From contig OZ253580.1 of assembly GCA_965263035.1 (NCBI GenBank), forward strand, positions 3,296,001 to 3,360,000: a stretch of DNA of 64,000 nt, in the 5' to 3' direction. Under the pieces are notes generated by a model. The model worked only from the letters and a program-made list of their open reading frames with translations. It had not been told where the DNA came from and searched no databases. This DNA comes from Acidobacteriota bacterium. Its GTDB lineage: Bacteria; Acidobacteriota; UBA6911; RPQK01; JAJDTT01. This document shows positions 27,098-37,660 of this stretch, one piece after another (within the stretch, counting starts at the first letter, position 1; every line of letters begins with the position of its first letter). The position numbers and the translations under genes were made by a program.

Positions 27098-28767
27098 CGG
27101 TAGTCGATAAACACCTCCACCCCCTGAACCCGTATCGGCTTGAGCGGGGGCTTCCCGTTCCGGCGTCTCAGCCGAATCGTCAGCTCATTGAGCCCCTGCC
27201 GGACGGGAGCATTTTCGAATCGTAGTTCCCAGCTTCCCATCTCTCCCCGCAACCCCCGCCCATTCAGCTCCAGCCGCAGATCGTCGTCCCACCGGCTGTA
27301 TCCACTCAAACTCACTACCAGACTCACCGATTCAATAACCCCATCCTCCCGAGCCCCCTCCAAGTCGTCCCCCACGAAAAGGCGAAGAGTCTTCTCCTGC
27401 CCCGCGCCCAGGTCGACGGGAAGCTGCATTTCTCCTCCCTCATCCGGAGTCCTGGCCGCCATGTCCCTGGTGATGAAGTAATGCTTGTCCTTTCGTGAGA
27501 TGAGCCCGGAATCGCCGATCTCCATCAGCATCTGCCGTTCTTCAGGGCCCAGGAGAGGATTCCGGGACGTATCGATCAAGGAGTTGACGGCATTGTGGCG
27601 CTGAATGCCGCTGGCGTGGGTGTCGAAGTTGAAAAGATGCAGCCCGCTCACGCCCTGGCCCCATAAACTCTGGGCCGCCGCCCGCATCATCTCCAGGCTG
27701 GCCCGTCCCGTCTTGGAACCCGTGTAATCTGTGACATAGAGGTCCGAGATCCCGCCGACCACCTGGACCCGAGTTCCGCGGGCCGCTTCCACGAAGCTGA
27801 CCAAGTCCGGCATCATATCCAGGTAGCCCCGGGTCGCAGGCGCCACCATGTCCACCAGGTCCTCCCGGATCCAGGTCATCACATCGAATCCGATCTTCCG
27901 GTTCAGGGCCAAGGTAGGGAGAACCCGGACCATGAGAGTGATCCGGCGCCCCTTCTGACGTTCGATCTCCTCCAGCCGGTTGCGAATCCGCCGCACGAAG
28001 CCGGTCATGATGGGAACGGCCGCTTCCTCCCGGCCCTTTTTGAACACCATGGGGTGGCTCAGGAAATCGAGCTCGATCCCGTCCACGTCGTAGTCGCGGC
28101 AGATCTCCTCGATGAGTCCGAATTTCAGGTCCCGGACCTCCTGCTGGGCGTAGTCGAAGGCGTAGCTGAAATCCCGCCCGTAAAGGCTCACATAGCGGTC
28201 CGGAACATCTTTGCCGATGGCGACGTGGGGCCTATCCCGCTCCCACCGGCCCCGTTTCGACGGCCAGCGCTCCACCCAGTCCTTGTGGATGTCGTTCATC
28301 CTGAGGCTGGCCCAGAATTCCATTCCCAGCTCGCGGGTGCGGGCCGCCCAGATCTCCAAGGGGTCGGTCCCTTGCTCCAGAAGGCCCAGGACGTTTTGGG
28401 CCAAACGCCGGAAGTTGGGGTTCTCTAACTCGGTCATTCCCCGGCCGTACACTTCTCCCACCTGGGTGTCGTAGAGCACGTAGGTTCCATAGGAGGCGCA
28501 CTGGATGAAGACGTCCACCTGAGTCCCTTCCAGTTCGTTGACCACACGGCAGACCTGGTCGGGTGTGATGGGAGGGCCGTTCGCGTACAAAGCTCCGCTC
28601 CCCCCGTCGCTGCTGAGATAGAGGCGGGCCGGTTTGCGGGGCGCCGCCGCCGATTCCTCTGCCTTATCCGAACTCCGCTCGGGTCCACTTCCGCCGCAGC
28701 CGCTGAGAAGGATCAGGGCCGCGAGCAACCAAGCGGCAACCATTCTGGTGACGGGTCTCATCTCCAC
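27094..28767 (-). CDS. GHL10-like TIM-barrel glycoside hydrolase-like lipoprotein (paralog A)
   Basis: Lipobox LSGC; SLRMNDIH, DYA..EVR, YDVDGIELDF. Confidence 0.75.
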   Translation of the reverse strand: MEMRPVTRMVAAWLLAALILLSGCGGSGPERSSDKAEESAAAPRKPARLYLSSDGGSGALYANGPPITPDQVCRVVNELEGTQVDVFIQCASYGTYVLYDTQVGEVYGRGMTELENPNFRRLAQNVLGLLEQGTDPLEIWAARTRELGMEFWASLRMNDIHKDWVERWPSKRGRWERDRPHVAIGKDVPDRYVSLYGRDFSYAFDYAQQEVRDLKFGLIEEICRDYDVDGIELDFLSHPMVFKKGREEAAVPIMTGFVRRIRNRLEEIERQKGRRITLMVRVLPTLALNRKIGFDVMTWIREDLVDMVAPATRGYLDMMPDLVSFVEAARGTRVQVVGGISDLYVTDYTGSKTGRASLEMMRAAAQSLWGQGVSGLHLFNFDTHASGIQRHNAVNSLIDTSRNPLLGPEERQMLMEIGDSGLISRKDKHYFITRDMAARTPDEGGEMQLPVDLGAGQEKTLRLFVGDDLEGAREDGVIESVSLVVSLSGYSRWDDDLRLELNGRGLRGEMGSWELRFENAPVRQGLNELTIRLRRRNGKPPLKPIRVQGVEVFIDYR

Positions 28768-28769
28768 TT

Positions 28770-29204
28770 CACCTGTGTTGCCAGATTACGCGCCAGAGGA
28801 TGAAGAGCCCGCTGGCCAGGCAGCGGACCCGGACGTCGAAACGGTGCTCCAGGTATTCGTAGGCGCTGTAGAGCCGCAAACGGTTGTAGATAGGGAAGGA
28901 AGATCCGGTTGACGATGGGCATGCACAGCAGAATCACGAAGGGACCCACGAAGAAGATCAGGCCGTTCTCCTGGGTGACCGAGGGGAGGGCCATGTAGCT
29001 GTTGGCGCTGAAGAGAGTGGCGATCAGGGAGAGTCCCACCGGCATCCAGGCCATGGAACGTCCGGCCAGGAAGAAGTCCCAGGTTGTATTCTGACCCCTG
29101 TAGAAGGAAGCCCCCAACAACACCGTGGCCGCCAGGTAACCAGCCAGGATGATCCAATCCAGAGTCTCCCGCCCACCGGGTACGATCGCCGATTCTGATG
29201 TCAT
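28770..29204 (-). pseudogene. Truncated, frameshifted SSS symporter remnant
   Basis: LDWIILAGY...FFLAGRSM...LSLIAT; after a frameshift near 28890 the alternate frame reads YNRLRLYSAYEYLEHRFDVRVRCLASGLFILWR, then abuts the next gene. Only about 150 of about 500 codons remain. Confidence 0.8.
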
Positions 29205-29237
29205 GGACGGAAGCTCTCCAACCGTGGATCGTCCGGT

Positions 29238-30908
29238 TCAATCCCGGTAGTCGATGGACAGCTCGACGCCTTGGATCCGGATGGGATCCTGGCGCGAAGA
29301 CGGCCGGTTCCGGAGGTTCAGAGACAACAGGTTTTTTCCTTGCTTCGGGGTCACGCCTTCGAAACGCAGGGCGTCCCCCTCGAACCTTCCCCGCAACCCG
29401 CGGCCGTTCAACCGCACCCTCAGATCGTCGTCCCAGCGATCGTATCCCTCCACCGAGACCATCAGGGAGGTGGATTCCAGAAACCCGTCCTCGCGCGCCG
29501 CCGCCACGTCGTCTCCCACCAGGAACCGAAGCTCCCGGGTGTCTCCGCGGACCATCTCGGTGGGAAGCTGCATCTCTCCTCCCGCTTCCGGTGTCAGCCC
29601 ACCCATCTCCCGAGTCACGTAGTAATGCTTGTCCCTGCGGGCGATCGTGGCCGGATCGCCGATCTCCTTCAGGGCCTGGATCTCTTCCGGACTGAACAGC
29701 ACCCCCGGCTTGCCCTTGCCAGTGGCGTGGCAGTCGTAGTTGAACAGATGGAGGCTCGTCGCGCCGGCCTGCCAGGCGGCCGCCGCTGCCGCTCGTAGCA
29801 TCTCGAGGGAGGCCCGGCCGGTCTTGCTCCCCGTATAGTCGCGCACGTAGAGGTCGGACAGGCCGCCGGAAATCTCGACGCCGGTCCCCCGCGCCAGCTC
29901 CACAAAAGGCGTCAAATCCGCCGAAATGTCCAGATAGCCCCGGGTCGCCGGCGCGATCATGTCCACCCATCCCTCCCGGATCCAGGCCGCGACGTCCAGC
30001 CCGATCCTCTCGTTGAGTTCCAGAGAAGGGAGGATCCGGACCAGCAGCGTCAGTTTGCGCCCCTTGGCCTGGCCGATCTCGTCCAGCCGCGCGCGGACCT
30101 GACGCACGAAATCGTTCATCAGAGGCATGCCGCGGACTGCCTCCCCCTTCTTGAAGTAGTAAGGGTGGCTCAGAAAATCCATTTCGAAGCCGTCCACGTC
30201 GTAGTTGGTGCACACTTCCTCGATGATGGCCAGCTTTCGGTCGCGCACTTCTTCCAAGGCATAGTCCATGGCCCAGGAGTAGCCGTGGGAGGGCTGGGGA
30301 GAGCGGTTCGAGTGATGCAGATAGCGGTCGGGTACGGCGGATCCGAGCCGCACCTGGGGATTGGCCCGTTCCCACTGGCTCCGGAAGGATGGCCAGCGCT
30401 CCGACCAGTCCTTGTGGATGTCGTTCATCCTCAGGCTGGGCCAGAATTGCATCCCCGCCTCACGGCTCCGGCGGCTCCAGATCTCCAGGGGATCCTCTCC
30501 TGCCTCCAGCATGGCGTCGACATTCCGGGCCCAGCGTCGAATTCCGGGATATTTCTCGAAGTCCCGCTTGTGGTCCTCGCTGATGGGCTTGGCATAGACT
30601 TCGGTGACCTGGGTCGGGTAGAGCATCTGCTCGTCGCTCCACTGGATGCACTGGATGAAGACGTCCACCTGGGTCCCTTCGATCTCGTTCACCGCCCGGC
30701 AGAGCTGCCGCGGCGTGATGGGTGGCTCGAATGCCATCAGAGCGGCGTCGCCGCCGTCGCTGTTCAGAAGCAGTCTCAGCCCGCCCGGGCGCCGAGTCTC
30801 CAGCGGCGTCGCGCCGCCGGTCTCGGCGGGGTTGGATTCCTGGATGGAGCATCCGGACAACAGAGGAGCAATCAGAAGCCCGGTCAAAAGGCGGAAGCAC
30901 TTGTTCAT
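29238..30908 (-). CDS. GHL10-like TIM-barrel glycoside hydrolase-like lipoprotein (paralog B)
   Basis: Lipobox LSGC; colinear with 27094..28767 (EGTQVDVFIQC, SLRMNDIHKDW, APATRGYLD, DYTGSKTGRASLEM, GGEMQLP). Confidence 0.75.
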   Translation of the reverse strand: MNKCFRLLTGLLIAPLLSGCSIQESNPAETGGATPLETRRPGGLRLLLNSDGGDAALMAFEPPITPRQLCRAVNEIEGTQVDVFIQCIQWSDEQMLYPTQVTEVYAKPISEDHKRDFEKYPGIRRWARNVDAMLEAGEDPLEIWSRRSREAGMQFWPSLRMNDIHKDWSERWPSFRSQWERANPQVRLGSAVPDRYLHHSNRSPQPSHGYSWAMDYALEEVRDRKLAIIEEVCTNYDVDGFEMDFLSHPYYFKKGEAVRGMPLMNDFVRQVRARLDEIGQAKGRKLTLLVRILPSLELNERIGLDVAAWIREGWVDMIAPATRGYLDISADLTPFVELARGTGVEISGGLSDLYVRDYTGSKTGRASLEMLRAAAAAAWQAGATSLHLFNYDCHATGKGKPGVLFSPEEIQALKEIGDPATIARRDKHYYVTREMGGLTPEAGGEMQLPTEMVRGDTRELRFLVGDDVAAAREDGFLESTSLMVSVEGYDRWDDDLRVRLNGRGLRGRFEGDALRFEGVTPKQGKNLLSLNLRNRPSSRQDPIRIQGVELSIDYRD

Positions 30909-30973
30909 AAGGGTTCTCCCGGGAGGTGCCTGCGGCGGTCAGTATAGGCACGCCATGCCTCCAAGTGTAGTCT

Positions 30974-32740
30974 TTGAAGGAGATGCTCCAGATCCGCCTG
31001 CTCGCTCGTTGTTTGCATCTTTTTCTGGTTTCGGTGCCGGCCTCCTGGTCTCTTCTGGGCGCCGGAGAAGCGCCGCTGCAGGTGGGGAGCACGAAACAGC
31101 TCTTCCTGGGACCCTGGACAGAGGACGGACGGGACGGACACCTGGTGGAGTCCATGACCGGAGTCACCATCCGGATGAACGAGGCCCGGGCCACGGGCGA
31201 GCGTCTCATGGTCCAGGATCGACCCTGGGAGGGCACCGGAATGCTGGACATGCGGCAGTTCGTCCTGAGGGATGGGGACCGATTTCGCATCTACTACTCG
31301 GCCCTCCTCTTCCATGTCGTCCCCGAATCGGACCCGGCTGCCGCGAACCGTCAGCCCCGGTTCTGGACCCGGGCGCACCAGCGCATCCTCTGCTACGGCG
31401 AGTCGCGGGACGGAATCCACTGGAAGAAGCCCCACCTGGGCCTGGTCTCGTGGAACGGCTCGCGGGAGAACAACATCCTCTTTCCCAACGACGACTTCCC
31501 TTATCTCTTTTCGGAGATGGAGGGCGCCTGGGTCTTCATCGACACCGACGCGCCGGGCCCCGGTGAGGAGTACAAGATGTTCGTCAAGATCTCTCCCATT
31601 CGCGACGATCCATCGAGACCGCACGAGGAAGATCCGCCAGCAGACGCCAAGATGTTGGCGAAGGGCCAGTACGCCTTCGTGTCTACCGACGGCATCCGCT
31701 GGAGGTTGCTGAGCCAGGAGCGAATACCGGTCAAGCACAACGACACCCAATTCTCCGTCTTCCGGGACCAGCGCATCGGAATGTACGTGGCCTATACCCG
31801 GCGTCGCCGCCCGAGTCCGGCCCAGATCGCCTACTATCGAAAACGTTACGGTATCGACGGCCGCACCGTCGTCCTGACGGCGGGACGGATCGTCTCCAGA
31901 GACTTCCGAACCTGGACCGGGGAGGACGCCTACGACTGGAACGACCCAGGCTCCCATCCGGTCTCGACCATTTCGCCCGACGCCATCGATCAGGCCGGTT
32001 CTCCCCGGGGACTCACCCGGATGGACTTCTACGGTCCCAACGTCTCCAAATACGCCGGCATTCCCGATGCCTACATCGCCCTGCCCAACGCCTACTACCA
32101 TTGGGAGTTCGACCTGACCCGGAAGAGCCGGCGCGGCAAGCCGATCCAGCTTCCCTCCACTCTGGACGTGCAATTGATGACCAGCCGGGATGGAATCCGC
32201 TGGAGCCGGACCCCCGAGCGGCGGCCCTTCATCCGGCTGGGGCCCAAGGGGAGCTTCTGGAGCAGCACCCTTTGGCCCGGCAACGTCCTGGTGGTGGGCG
32301 ACGAGGTCTGGATCTACTTCGCCGGACTGGCCGTCTCCCACAAGGAGCAGTCGCTGCTGAAAAGCGACGGGGCCCGGACCCGGGCCGTCCTCCGGCTGGA
32401 TGGATTCCTTTCGGCCGATGCCGCCTATACCGGCGGGGAGTTGACGACGCGGCCCCTGGTCTTCACGGGAGACCGGCTGCAGCTGAACCTGTCCACCGGC
32501 GCGGGAGGGGTTCTGCAGGTGGAGATCCTGGACGAGAGGGGGAAGCCGGTCTCCGGATACGCCCTGGCGGAGGCCGACGAGATCAACGGCAACTACATCC
32601 GAGTCCTGGCCAGTTGGCAGGGAAGCTCCGAGCTCGGTTCACCGGCCGGCGAGCCCGTCAAGTTGCGCTTCGTCATGCGGGACACGAAGCTCTATTCCTT
32701 TCAGTTCCTCTCCGCGAACGAGTCTGGGAGATCAAGATGA
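30974..32740 (+). CDS. Secreted five-bladed beta-propeller glycosidase-like protein (GH32/43/130-like), unknown specificity
   Basis: CYGESRDGIHWKKPHLG, STDGIRW, SRDGIRW, LRLDGF.S, GGELTTRPL; paralog of 57725..59290. Confidence 0.75.
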   Translation: MKEMLQIRLLARCLHLFLVSVPASWSLLGAGEAPLQVGSTKQLFLGPWTEDGRDGHLVESMTGVTIRMNEARATGERLMVQDRPWEGTGMLDMRQFVLRDGDRFRIYYSALLFHVVPESDPAAANRQPRFWTRAHQRILCYGESRDGIHWKKPHLGLVSWNGSRENNILFPNDDFPYLFSEMEGAWVFIDTDAPGPGEEYKMFVKISPIRDDPSRPHEEDPPADAKMLAKGQYAFVSTDGIRWRLLSQERIPVKHNDTQFSVFRDQRIGMYVAYTRRRRPSPAQIAYYRKRYGIDGRTVVLTAGRIVSRDFRTWTGEDAYDWNDPGSHPVSTISPDAIDQAGSPRGLTRMDFYGPNVSKYAGIPDAYIALPNAYYHWEFDLTRKSRRGKPIQLPSTLDVQLMTSRDGIRWSRTPERRPFIRLGPKGSFWSSTLWPGNVLVVGDEVWIYFAGLAVSHKEQSLLKSDGARTRAVLRLDGFLSADAAYTGGELTTRPLVFTGDRLQLNLSTGAGGVLQVEILDERGKPVSGYALAEADEINGNYIRVLASWQGSSELGSPAGEPVKLRFVMRDTKLYSFQFLSANESGRSR

Positions 32741-33237
32741 AACACGTTGTGCAACGAATCTTCGTCCTTGCCGCGATTCTCCTTTGTGCCTGTGCCGGCG
32801 GACCCCAGACGCCGGTGTCCGAAACGGGAACGAGACCCCGCCTGAAGGAGGATCTGGCCCAGTTGGGCCGCATGCGCACCGCCTTCATTCGGGCCATGAA
32901 CGAAGGTGGAGTGGAGGAATGGATCCGATCCCACCTGGACCCGGGCGTGGCCGTCATGCCCCCGGGGCGGCCGACCATCTCGTCCAGGGAAGAGGTGGCC
33001 GCTTGGGCCCGGAGGCTCCTGCAAGAAAATCGGATCCACGATTTCGCCTTCACCGGGTCCAAGACGGTGGCCGGAGACTGGGCCTTCGAAAACGGCGTCT
33101 ACCTGCTGGAGTCGAGTCCGGCCGCCGGCGGCGAGAAACAGGGGCAGCGGGGCAAGTTGATCTTCGTCTGGAAGCGGGGAACCGAAGGGTGGAAGGGGGC
33201 TCTTGTTTCCTTCAATACTGACGGCCATTGGCCCTGA
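32737..33237 (+). CDS. NTF2-like (DUF4440/SnoaL) lipoprotein
   Basis: ATGA overlap with upstream stop; lipobox CAC; MPPGRP, GDWAFENG, GKLIFVWKR. Confidence 0.8.
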   Translation: MKHVVQRIFVLAAILLCACAGGPQTPVSETGTRPRLKEDLAQLGRMRTAFIRAMNEGGVEEWIRSHLDPGVAVMPPGRPTISSREEVAAWARRLLQENRIHDFAFTGSKTVAGDWAFENGVYLLESSPAAGGEKQGQRGKLIFVWKRGTEGWKGALVSFNTDGHWP

Positions 33238-33495
33238 ATCTCCAGTTGTGGCATGAAATGGGGTTGTAGTCGGGACCGGTCGATGTGGATCGGGTATTCT
33301 CGTGCAGCGTTTGGGGAAGGAGGGGCGTTGTTGGGATAATGGGCTTAGCTTGCGAATTTCGAGTTGAACTGCGCGGTTGCGTGGCGGATTTATGGATGGA
33401 CTGAATTAGTGGATACGGTGCCTAACTGGATAGATATCAACACCATCGGGGACCATTTTCAGTTGGCGCCGAAAGGAACCCGGACAGAGTAGAAC

Positions 33496-34701
33496 ATGCA
33501 AGGCAAGAGGATAATCCGAACGATCCGGCTGCAGAAAATTCTCTCGTATGGTTCCTGGGATGCTGAGTTCCCATTGGAGCCGCTGAACGTTCTTATTGGG
33601 CCAAACGCTTCCGGGAAGTCGAACCTGATCGAAGTACTGTCGCTTCTCGCGGCGGCACCGACCAGGGATCTTCAAAAGCCGATTCGAGCCGGGGGAGGCG
33701 TTCGCGACTGGCTCTGGAAAGGTGCGCCACGACTCTCTACGGCAGCCGTGGAAGTTACGGTCGAATACTCTGCCGGACCACGCCTGAGATACAAGTTGTC
33801 ATTCACGGAAACCGGGTCGCGTTTCGAGCTCAGGAATGAGGCCGTAGAGAACGAGAGGCCTGCTCCGGGTAATAAGGATCCCTATTTCTACTATCGCTAT
33901 CAGGACGGCAATCCGGTTCTGAACGTCTTTACTAAGGACACTAAGGAACAGCCTCGGTCCGAGCGGCGTCTCACTCGGGAAGACGTGAAGCCCGACCAGT
34001 CGATTCTCTCCCAACGCCGGGACCCCGATTCATATCCCGAGTTGACGTATCTGGCTGACACATTCGAGCAGATGCGCTTCTATCGTGAATGGAATCTCGG
34101 ACGCGGCACCCCGACCCGCCTTCCACAGCAGGCCGATCTTCCCCAGGACTGGCTCCTGCAGGACGCTTCGAATCTCGGTCTCGTACTAAGCGATTTGCTG
34201 AACCGCCCCCCCGTAAAGCGCCGGATCCTGGACCGCTTGAGAGCCTTCTACCCGTACGTCGAGGATGTCGTTGCCACCATAGTAGGTGGCCCAGTGCAGA
34301 TATTTTTCCACGAAGAAGGCCTGCACTATCCGGTGCCTGCCACGCGGCTCTCTGACGGGAGCCTGCGGTATCTCTGCCTCATCGCCGTGCTTTGCCATCC
34401 CGATCCGCCGCCGGTCATCTGCATTGAGGAGCCGGAGATCGGCCTTCACCCCGACGTGATCCCGGAGGTGGCAAAATTTCTGATCGAGGCGTCTTCGCGT
34501 AGCCAGATCTTCGTCACGACACACTCCGACATTCTCGTCGATGCACTCACCGACACTCCGGATTCCGTGATCGTTTGTGAGAAATCCAACGGGGCGACGA
34601 GACTCCGCCGCCTCGAAGCAACGGAACTCAGACCTTGGCTGGAGAGATATCGGCTCGGCGAGCTCTGGTTGCGTGGAGATATCGGAGGAAATCGCTGGTG
34701 A
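33496..34701 (+). CDS. ABC-type AAA ATPase (AAA_21/AAA_15, putative AbiEii/OLD-like)
   Basis: Walker A GPNASGKS, signature LSDGS, Walker B ICIEEPE, H-loop VTTHS, C-terminal LGELW..G.IGG. Confidence 0.9.
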   Translation: MQGKRIIRTIRLQKILSYGSWDAEFPLEPLNVLIGPNASGKSNLIEVLSLLAAAPTRDLQKPIRAGGGVRDWLWKGAPRLSTAAVEVTVEYSAGPRLRYKLSFTETGSRFELRNEAVENERPAPGNKDPYFYYRYQDGNPVLNVFTKDTKEQPRSERRLTREDVKPDQSILSQRRDPDSYPELTYLADTFEQMRFYREWNLGRGTPTRLPQQADLPQDWLLQDASNLGLVLSDLLNRPPVKRRILDRLRAFYPYVEDVVATIVGGPVQIFFHEEGLHYPVPATRLSDGSLRYLCLIAVLCHPDPPPVICIEEPEIGLHPDVIPEVAKFLIEASSRSQIFVTTHSDILVDALTDTPDSVIVCEKSNGATRLRRLEATELRPWLERYRLGELWLRGDIGGNRW

Positions 34702-35306
34702 GCGCCAAGCTCTTCGTGGAAGGTGGAGGCGGTAGCAAGACGCTGAAGACAGCGTGCCGCAAGGGTTTTCGGTTATTCATCGAAAAAGCGGGCTTGCGGG
34801 GAAGGATGCCCCGAATTGTGGCCTGCGGCAGCCGCAGGAATGCGTACCAGGACTTCACCAGAGAAAATGAGTCTCCCGCGCGTCAAGATGGCAACCCCCA
34901 TCTTCTCGTGGACTCCGAGGAGCCCGTAAGAGAAGCCGGGCCGTGGCAACATCTCAAGGTCCGCGACGGCTGGGATCGTCCTGACGGTGCGATGGACGAC
35001 CAATGCCACCTTATGGTGGAGGTCATGGAATCGTGGTTTTTGGCGGATCGTGAGGCTCTTGGGGCATTTTATGGTCAGGGCTTTCGCGGAACCGCACTTC
35101 CGCAAAATCAGCATGTCGAGCAGATTTCGAAACGGGATGTCCTGTACGACCTTGTCCAAGCCACTCGGCGTACACGAAAAGGTCCCTATGACAAGGGATC
35201 GCACGGCTTCGAGATCCTGGCGAGACTGGACCCATCGAAGGTCAGGAACGCGTCTCCTCACGCAGATCGATTTCTCGAAGCGCTTTCCGTGTTGGTAGAC
35301 AGTTAG
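34698..35306 (+). CDS. DUF4276 family (TOPRIM-like) protein
   Basis: GTGA overlap with ATPase stop; LFVEGGG, LLVDSE, MESWFLAD, YDKG. Confidence 0.8.
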   Translation: MSAKLFVEGGGGSKTLKTACRKGFRLFIEKAGLRGRMPRIVACGSRRNAYQDFTRENESPARQDGNPHLLVDSEEPVREAGPWQHLKVRDGWDRPDGAMDDQCHLMVEVMESWFLADREALGAFYGQGFRGTALPQNQHVEQISKRDVLYDLVQATRRTRKGPYDKGSHGFEILARLDPSKVRNASPHADRFLEALSVLVDS

Positions 35307-35491
35307 GAGCCGCCGTCCCAACGCTGGATTCGTTTTGAGAGTGTAAATCAAAATGCGAAAACCCATGGCAGCATGTCCTCTTTCTATCCCTGACCGCTAA
35401 GTGGGCACTGAGCCGAAACCCGATGCCGCCAAACCGGACGTAACTGTCGAGGCAACCTGAGAACCCTGGGGTTGGAATGACGGCTCGTGCA

Positions 35492-35780
35492 GTGAGGATC
35501 ATTCGGCCGACCGAAGTTGAAGCCTGCGAGGGATACGGGATATGGCTCTGTTACTCAGACGGATCAGCCGGAGAGGTTGACCTGTCCCATCTGGTGGGGC
35601 GAGGGTGTTTCGGCTTGGGGTAAACCAGGGTGTCTCGAAAAAATCTATATCACGTCCCACGGAGCCATAGCGTGGGACGATGACTGTGAACTGTGGCCGG
35701 ATGCGCCGTATCTGGAACTTCCGGGCGAATCGTTCGACGAATTGCCCGTCGAAATCGACACGATAGTTCACGGCGCCTCA
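35492..35780 (+). pseudogene. Frameshifted DUF2442-family (antitoxin-like) gene
   Basis: One frame reads IRPTEVEACEGYGIWLCYSDGSAGEVDLSHLVGRG, then a shift near 35605 continues SAWGKPGCLEKIYITSHGAIAWDDDCELWPDAPYLEL; both halves match the recalled DUF2442 pattern. Confidence 0.65.
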
Positions 35781-35823
35781 CAAGGGCCGCCTCTATGGGA
35801 AAATTCCCGGACGGAGGAATGTC

Positions 35824-36063
35824 GTGACCGCCAAAGAATTGATACGGATTTTACAGAAATATCCGCAGGGGATGCGCGTCGTTGTGAATGGCTATGAGAC
35901 TGGGTTTGATGACCTTGAGGCGCGTCTTGTTTCTGTACGTGAAATACGCTTGAACGCTGGCGAAGAGTGGTGGGACGGACAACATCTCGCGGCGGAGGAC
36001 GCCCGGAAAAAAGGCAGTCCCTTCGTCAAAGCCTTGGTGCTTCCCCAGCCTGTGAACGCATAG
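35824..36063 (+). CDS. Small hypothetical protein upstream of hsdM
   Basis: GGAGG RBS, GTG start, 79 aa ([24 protein letters not shown]), ends 1 bp before hsdM ATG. Confidence 0.7.
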   Translation: MTAKELIRILQKYPQGMRVVVNGYETGFDDLEARLVSVREIRLNAGEEWWDGQHLAAEDARKKGSPFVKALVLPQPVNA

Positions 36064-36064
36064 C

Positions 36065-37660
36065 ATGACGCGCACCAAGCGGAAGTCCAATACCGGGGCC
36101 AACTTGGGCTACGAAGGCGAGCTCTGGAAGATGGCCGATGCCCTGCGCGGCAGCATGGACGCGGCCGAATACAAGCATGTCGTTCTCGGCCTTATCTTCC
36201 TGAAATACATCTCCGACGCGTTCGAGGAGATGCATGTCCGCCTGGAAGGCGAGCGGGACCAAGGCGCCGATCCGGAGGATCCGGACGAGTACCGTGCCCA
36301 GAACATCTTCTGGGTGTCGCCCGAGGCTCGCTGGACGAGTATCAAGGCCCGGGCCAGGCAATCGACGATCGGTAAGTTGGTCGACGATGCGATGTCCGGG
36401 ATCGAGCGGGACAACCCGGCGCTCAAGGGGGTGCTACCCAAGGAATATGCTCGACCTGCACTCGACAAGATCCGTCTTGGCCGGATTATTGATCTCGTCA
36501 GCAACATCATGGTGGGTGATGAGGATGCCCGGTCGAAGGACGTGCTGGGCCGCGTCTACGAGTACTTCCTGTCGCAGTTCGCCAGCGCCGAGGGCAAGAA
36601 GGGGGGCGAGTTCTACACCCCCCGCTGCATCGTCAAGCTGCTAGTGGAAATGCTGGAGCCCTATCAGGGCCGGGTCTACGACCCCTGCTGTGGGTCTTCG
36701 GGCATGTTCGTCCAGTCGGTCGAGTTCATCCGTGCCCACGCCACCGGCAATGGCAACGGCGGTCAGGTTTCGGAGGGCGGCAGAGCCGACATCTCGATCT
36801 ACGGGCAGGAGTCGAACTACACGACTTGGCGGCTCGCCAAGATGAACCTTGCCATTCGCGGAATCGAAGGGCAGATCGCTCACGGCGACAGCTTCCACAA
36901 CGACCGCCATCCCGACCTCAAGGCCGATTTCATACTGGCCAATCCACCTTTCAATGTCTCGGATTGGGGCGGTGCCCGTTTGGCCGATGACCAGCGCTGG
37001 CAATTCGGAAGGCCTCCCGTGCGGAACGCCAACTACGCTTGGGTCCAGCACATCGTCCACCATCTGACGCCGAACGGCATGGCCGGTTTCGTGCTCGCCA
37101 ACGGTTCCATGTCGTCCAACCAGTCCGGCGAGGGGAAGATCCGCAAGAGTCTCATCGAAGCGGATCTTGTGGACTGTATGGTGGCGCTGCCGGGCCAACT
37201 CTTCTATTCGACACAGATTCCCGCGTGTCTGTGGTTCCTTGCCCGAGACCGGAAAGGGGGCAAGTTCCGAGACCGGCACGGCGAAGTCCTGTTCATCGAT
37301 GCTCGCAAGCTGGGCCGTATGGTGGATCGCACCCACAGAGAGCTGACCGACGCGGATATCGGCCGAATCGCCGGCACCTACCATGCATGGCGAGGCGAGG
37401 ACGGCGCGGGTGACTATGCCGACGTGCCCGGCTTCTGCAAGAGCGCCGCGCTTAAGAAAGTGCGTCGGCACGGCCACGTCCTGACTCCCGGCCGTTATGT
37501 TGGGGTCGAGCCGCAGGAGGACGACGGCGAGCCGTTCGAGGACAAGATGAAACGGCTCGTCGCCAAACTTCGCGAGCAACAGGCGGAAGCTGCGAGGTTG
37601 GACGCAGGCATCAAGGCAAACTTGAAGGCGCTCGGGTTCCCGCTCGGAGGGGACCGCTGA
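36065..37660 (+). CDS. hsdM: Type I restriction-modification methyltransferase subunit M
   Basis: [29 protein letters not shown] (m6A), FYSTQIPAC. Confidence 0.97.
   Translation: MTRTKRKSNTGANLGYEGELWKMADALRGSMDAAEYKHVVLGLIFLKYISDAFEEMHVRLEGERDQGADPEDPDEYRAQNIFWVSPEARWTSIKARARQSTIGKLVDDAMSGIERDNPALKGVLPKEYARPALDKIRLGRIIDLVSNIMVGDEDARSKDVLGRVYEYFLSQFASAEGKKGGEFYTPRCIVKLLVEMLEPYQGRVYDPCCGSSGMFVQSVEFIRAHATGNGNGGQVSEGGRADISIYGQESNYTTWRLAKMNLAIRGIEGQIAHGDSFHNDRHPDLKADFILANPPFNVSDWGGARLADDQRWQFGRPPVRNANYAWVQHIVHHLTPNGMAGFVLANGSMSSNQSGEGKIRKSLIEADLVDCMVALPGQLFYSTQIPACLWFLARDRKGGKFRDRHGEVLFIDARKLGRMVDRTHRELTDADIGRIAGTYHAWRGEDGAGDYADVPGFCKSAALKKVRRHGHVLTPGRYVGVEPQEDDGEPFEDKMKRLVAKLREQQAEAARLDAGIKANLKALGFPLGGDR

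Noticed and set aside
28786-30375. 529-aa alternative-frame ORF
   Set aside because: Arg/Gly/Pro-rich off-frame reading of the 29238..30908 gene.
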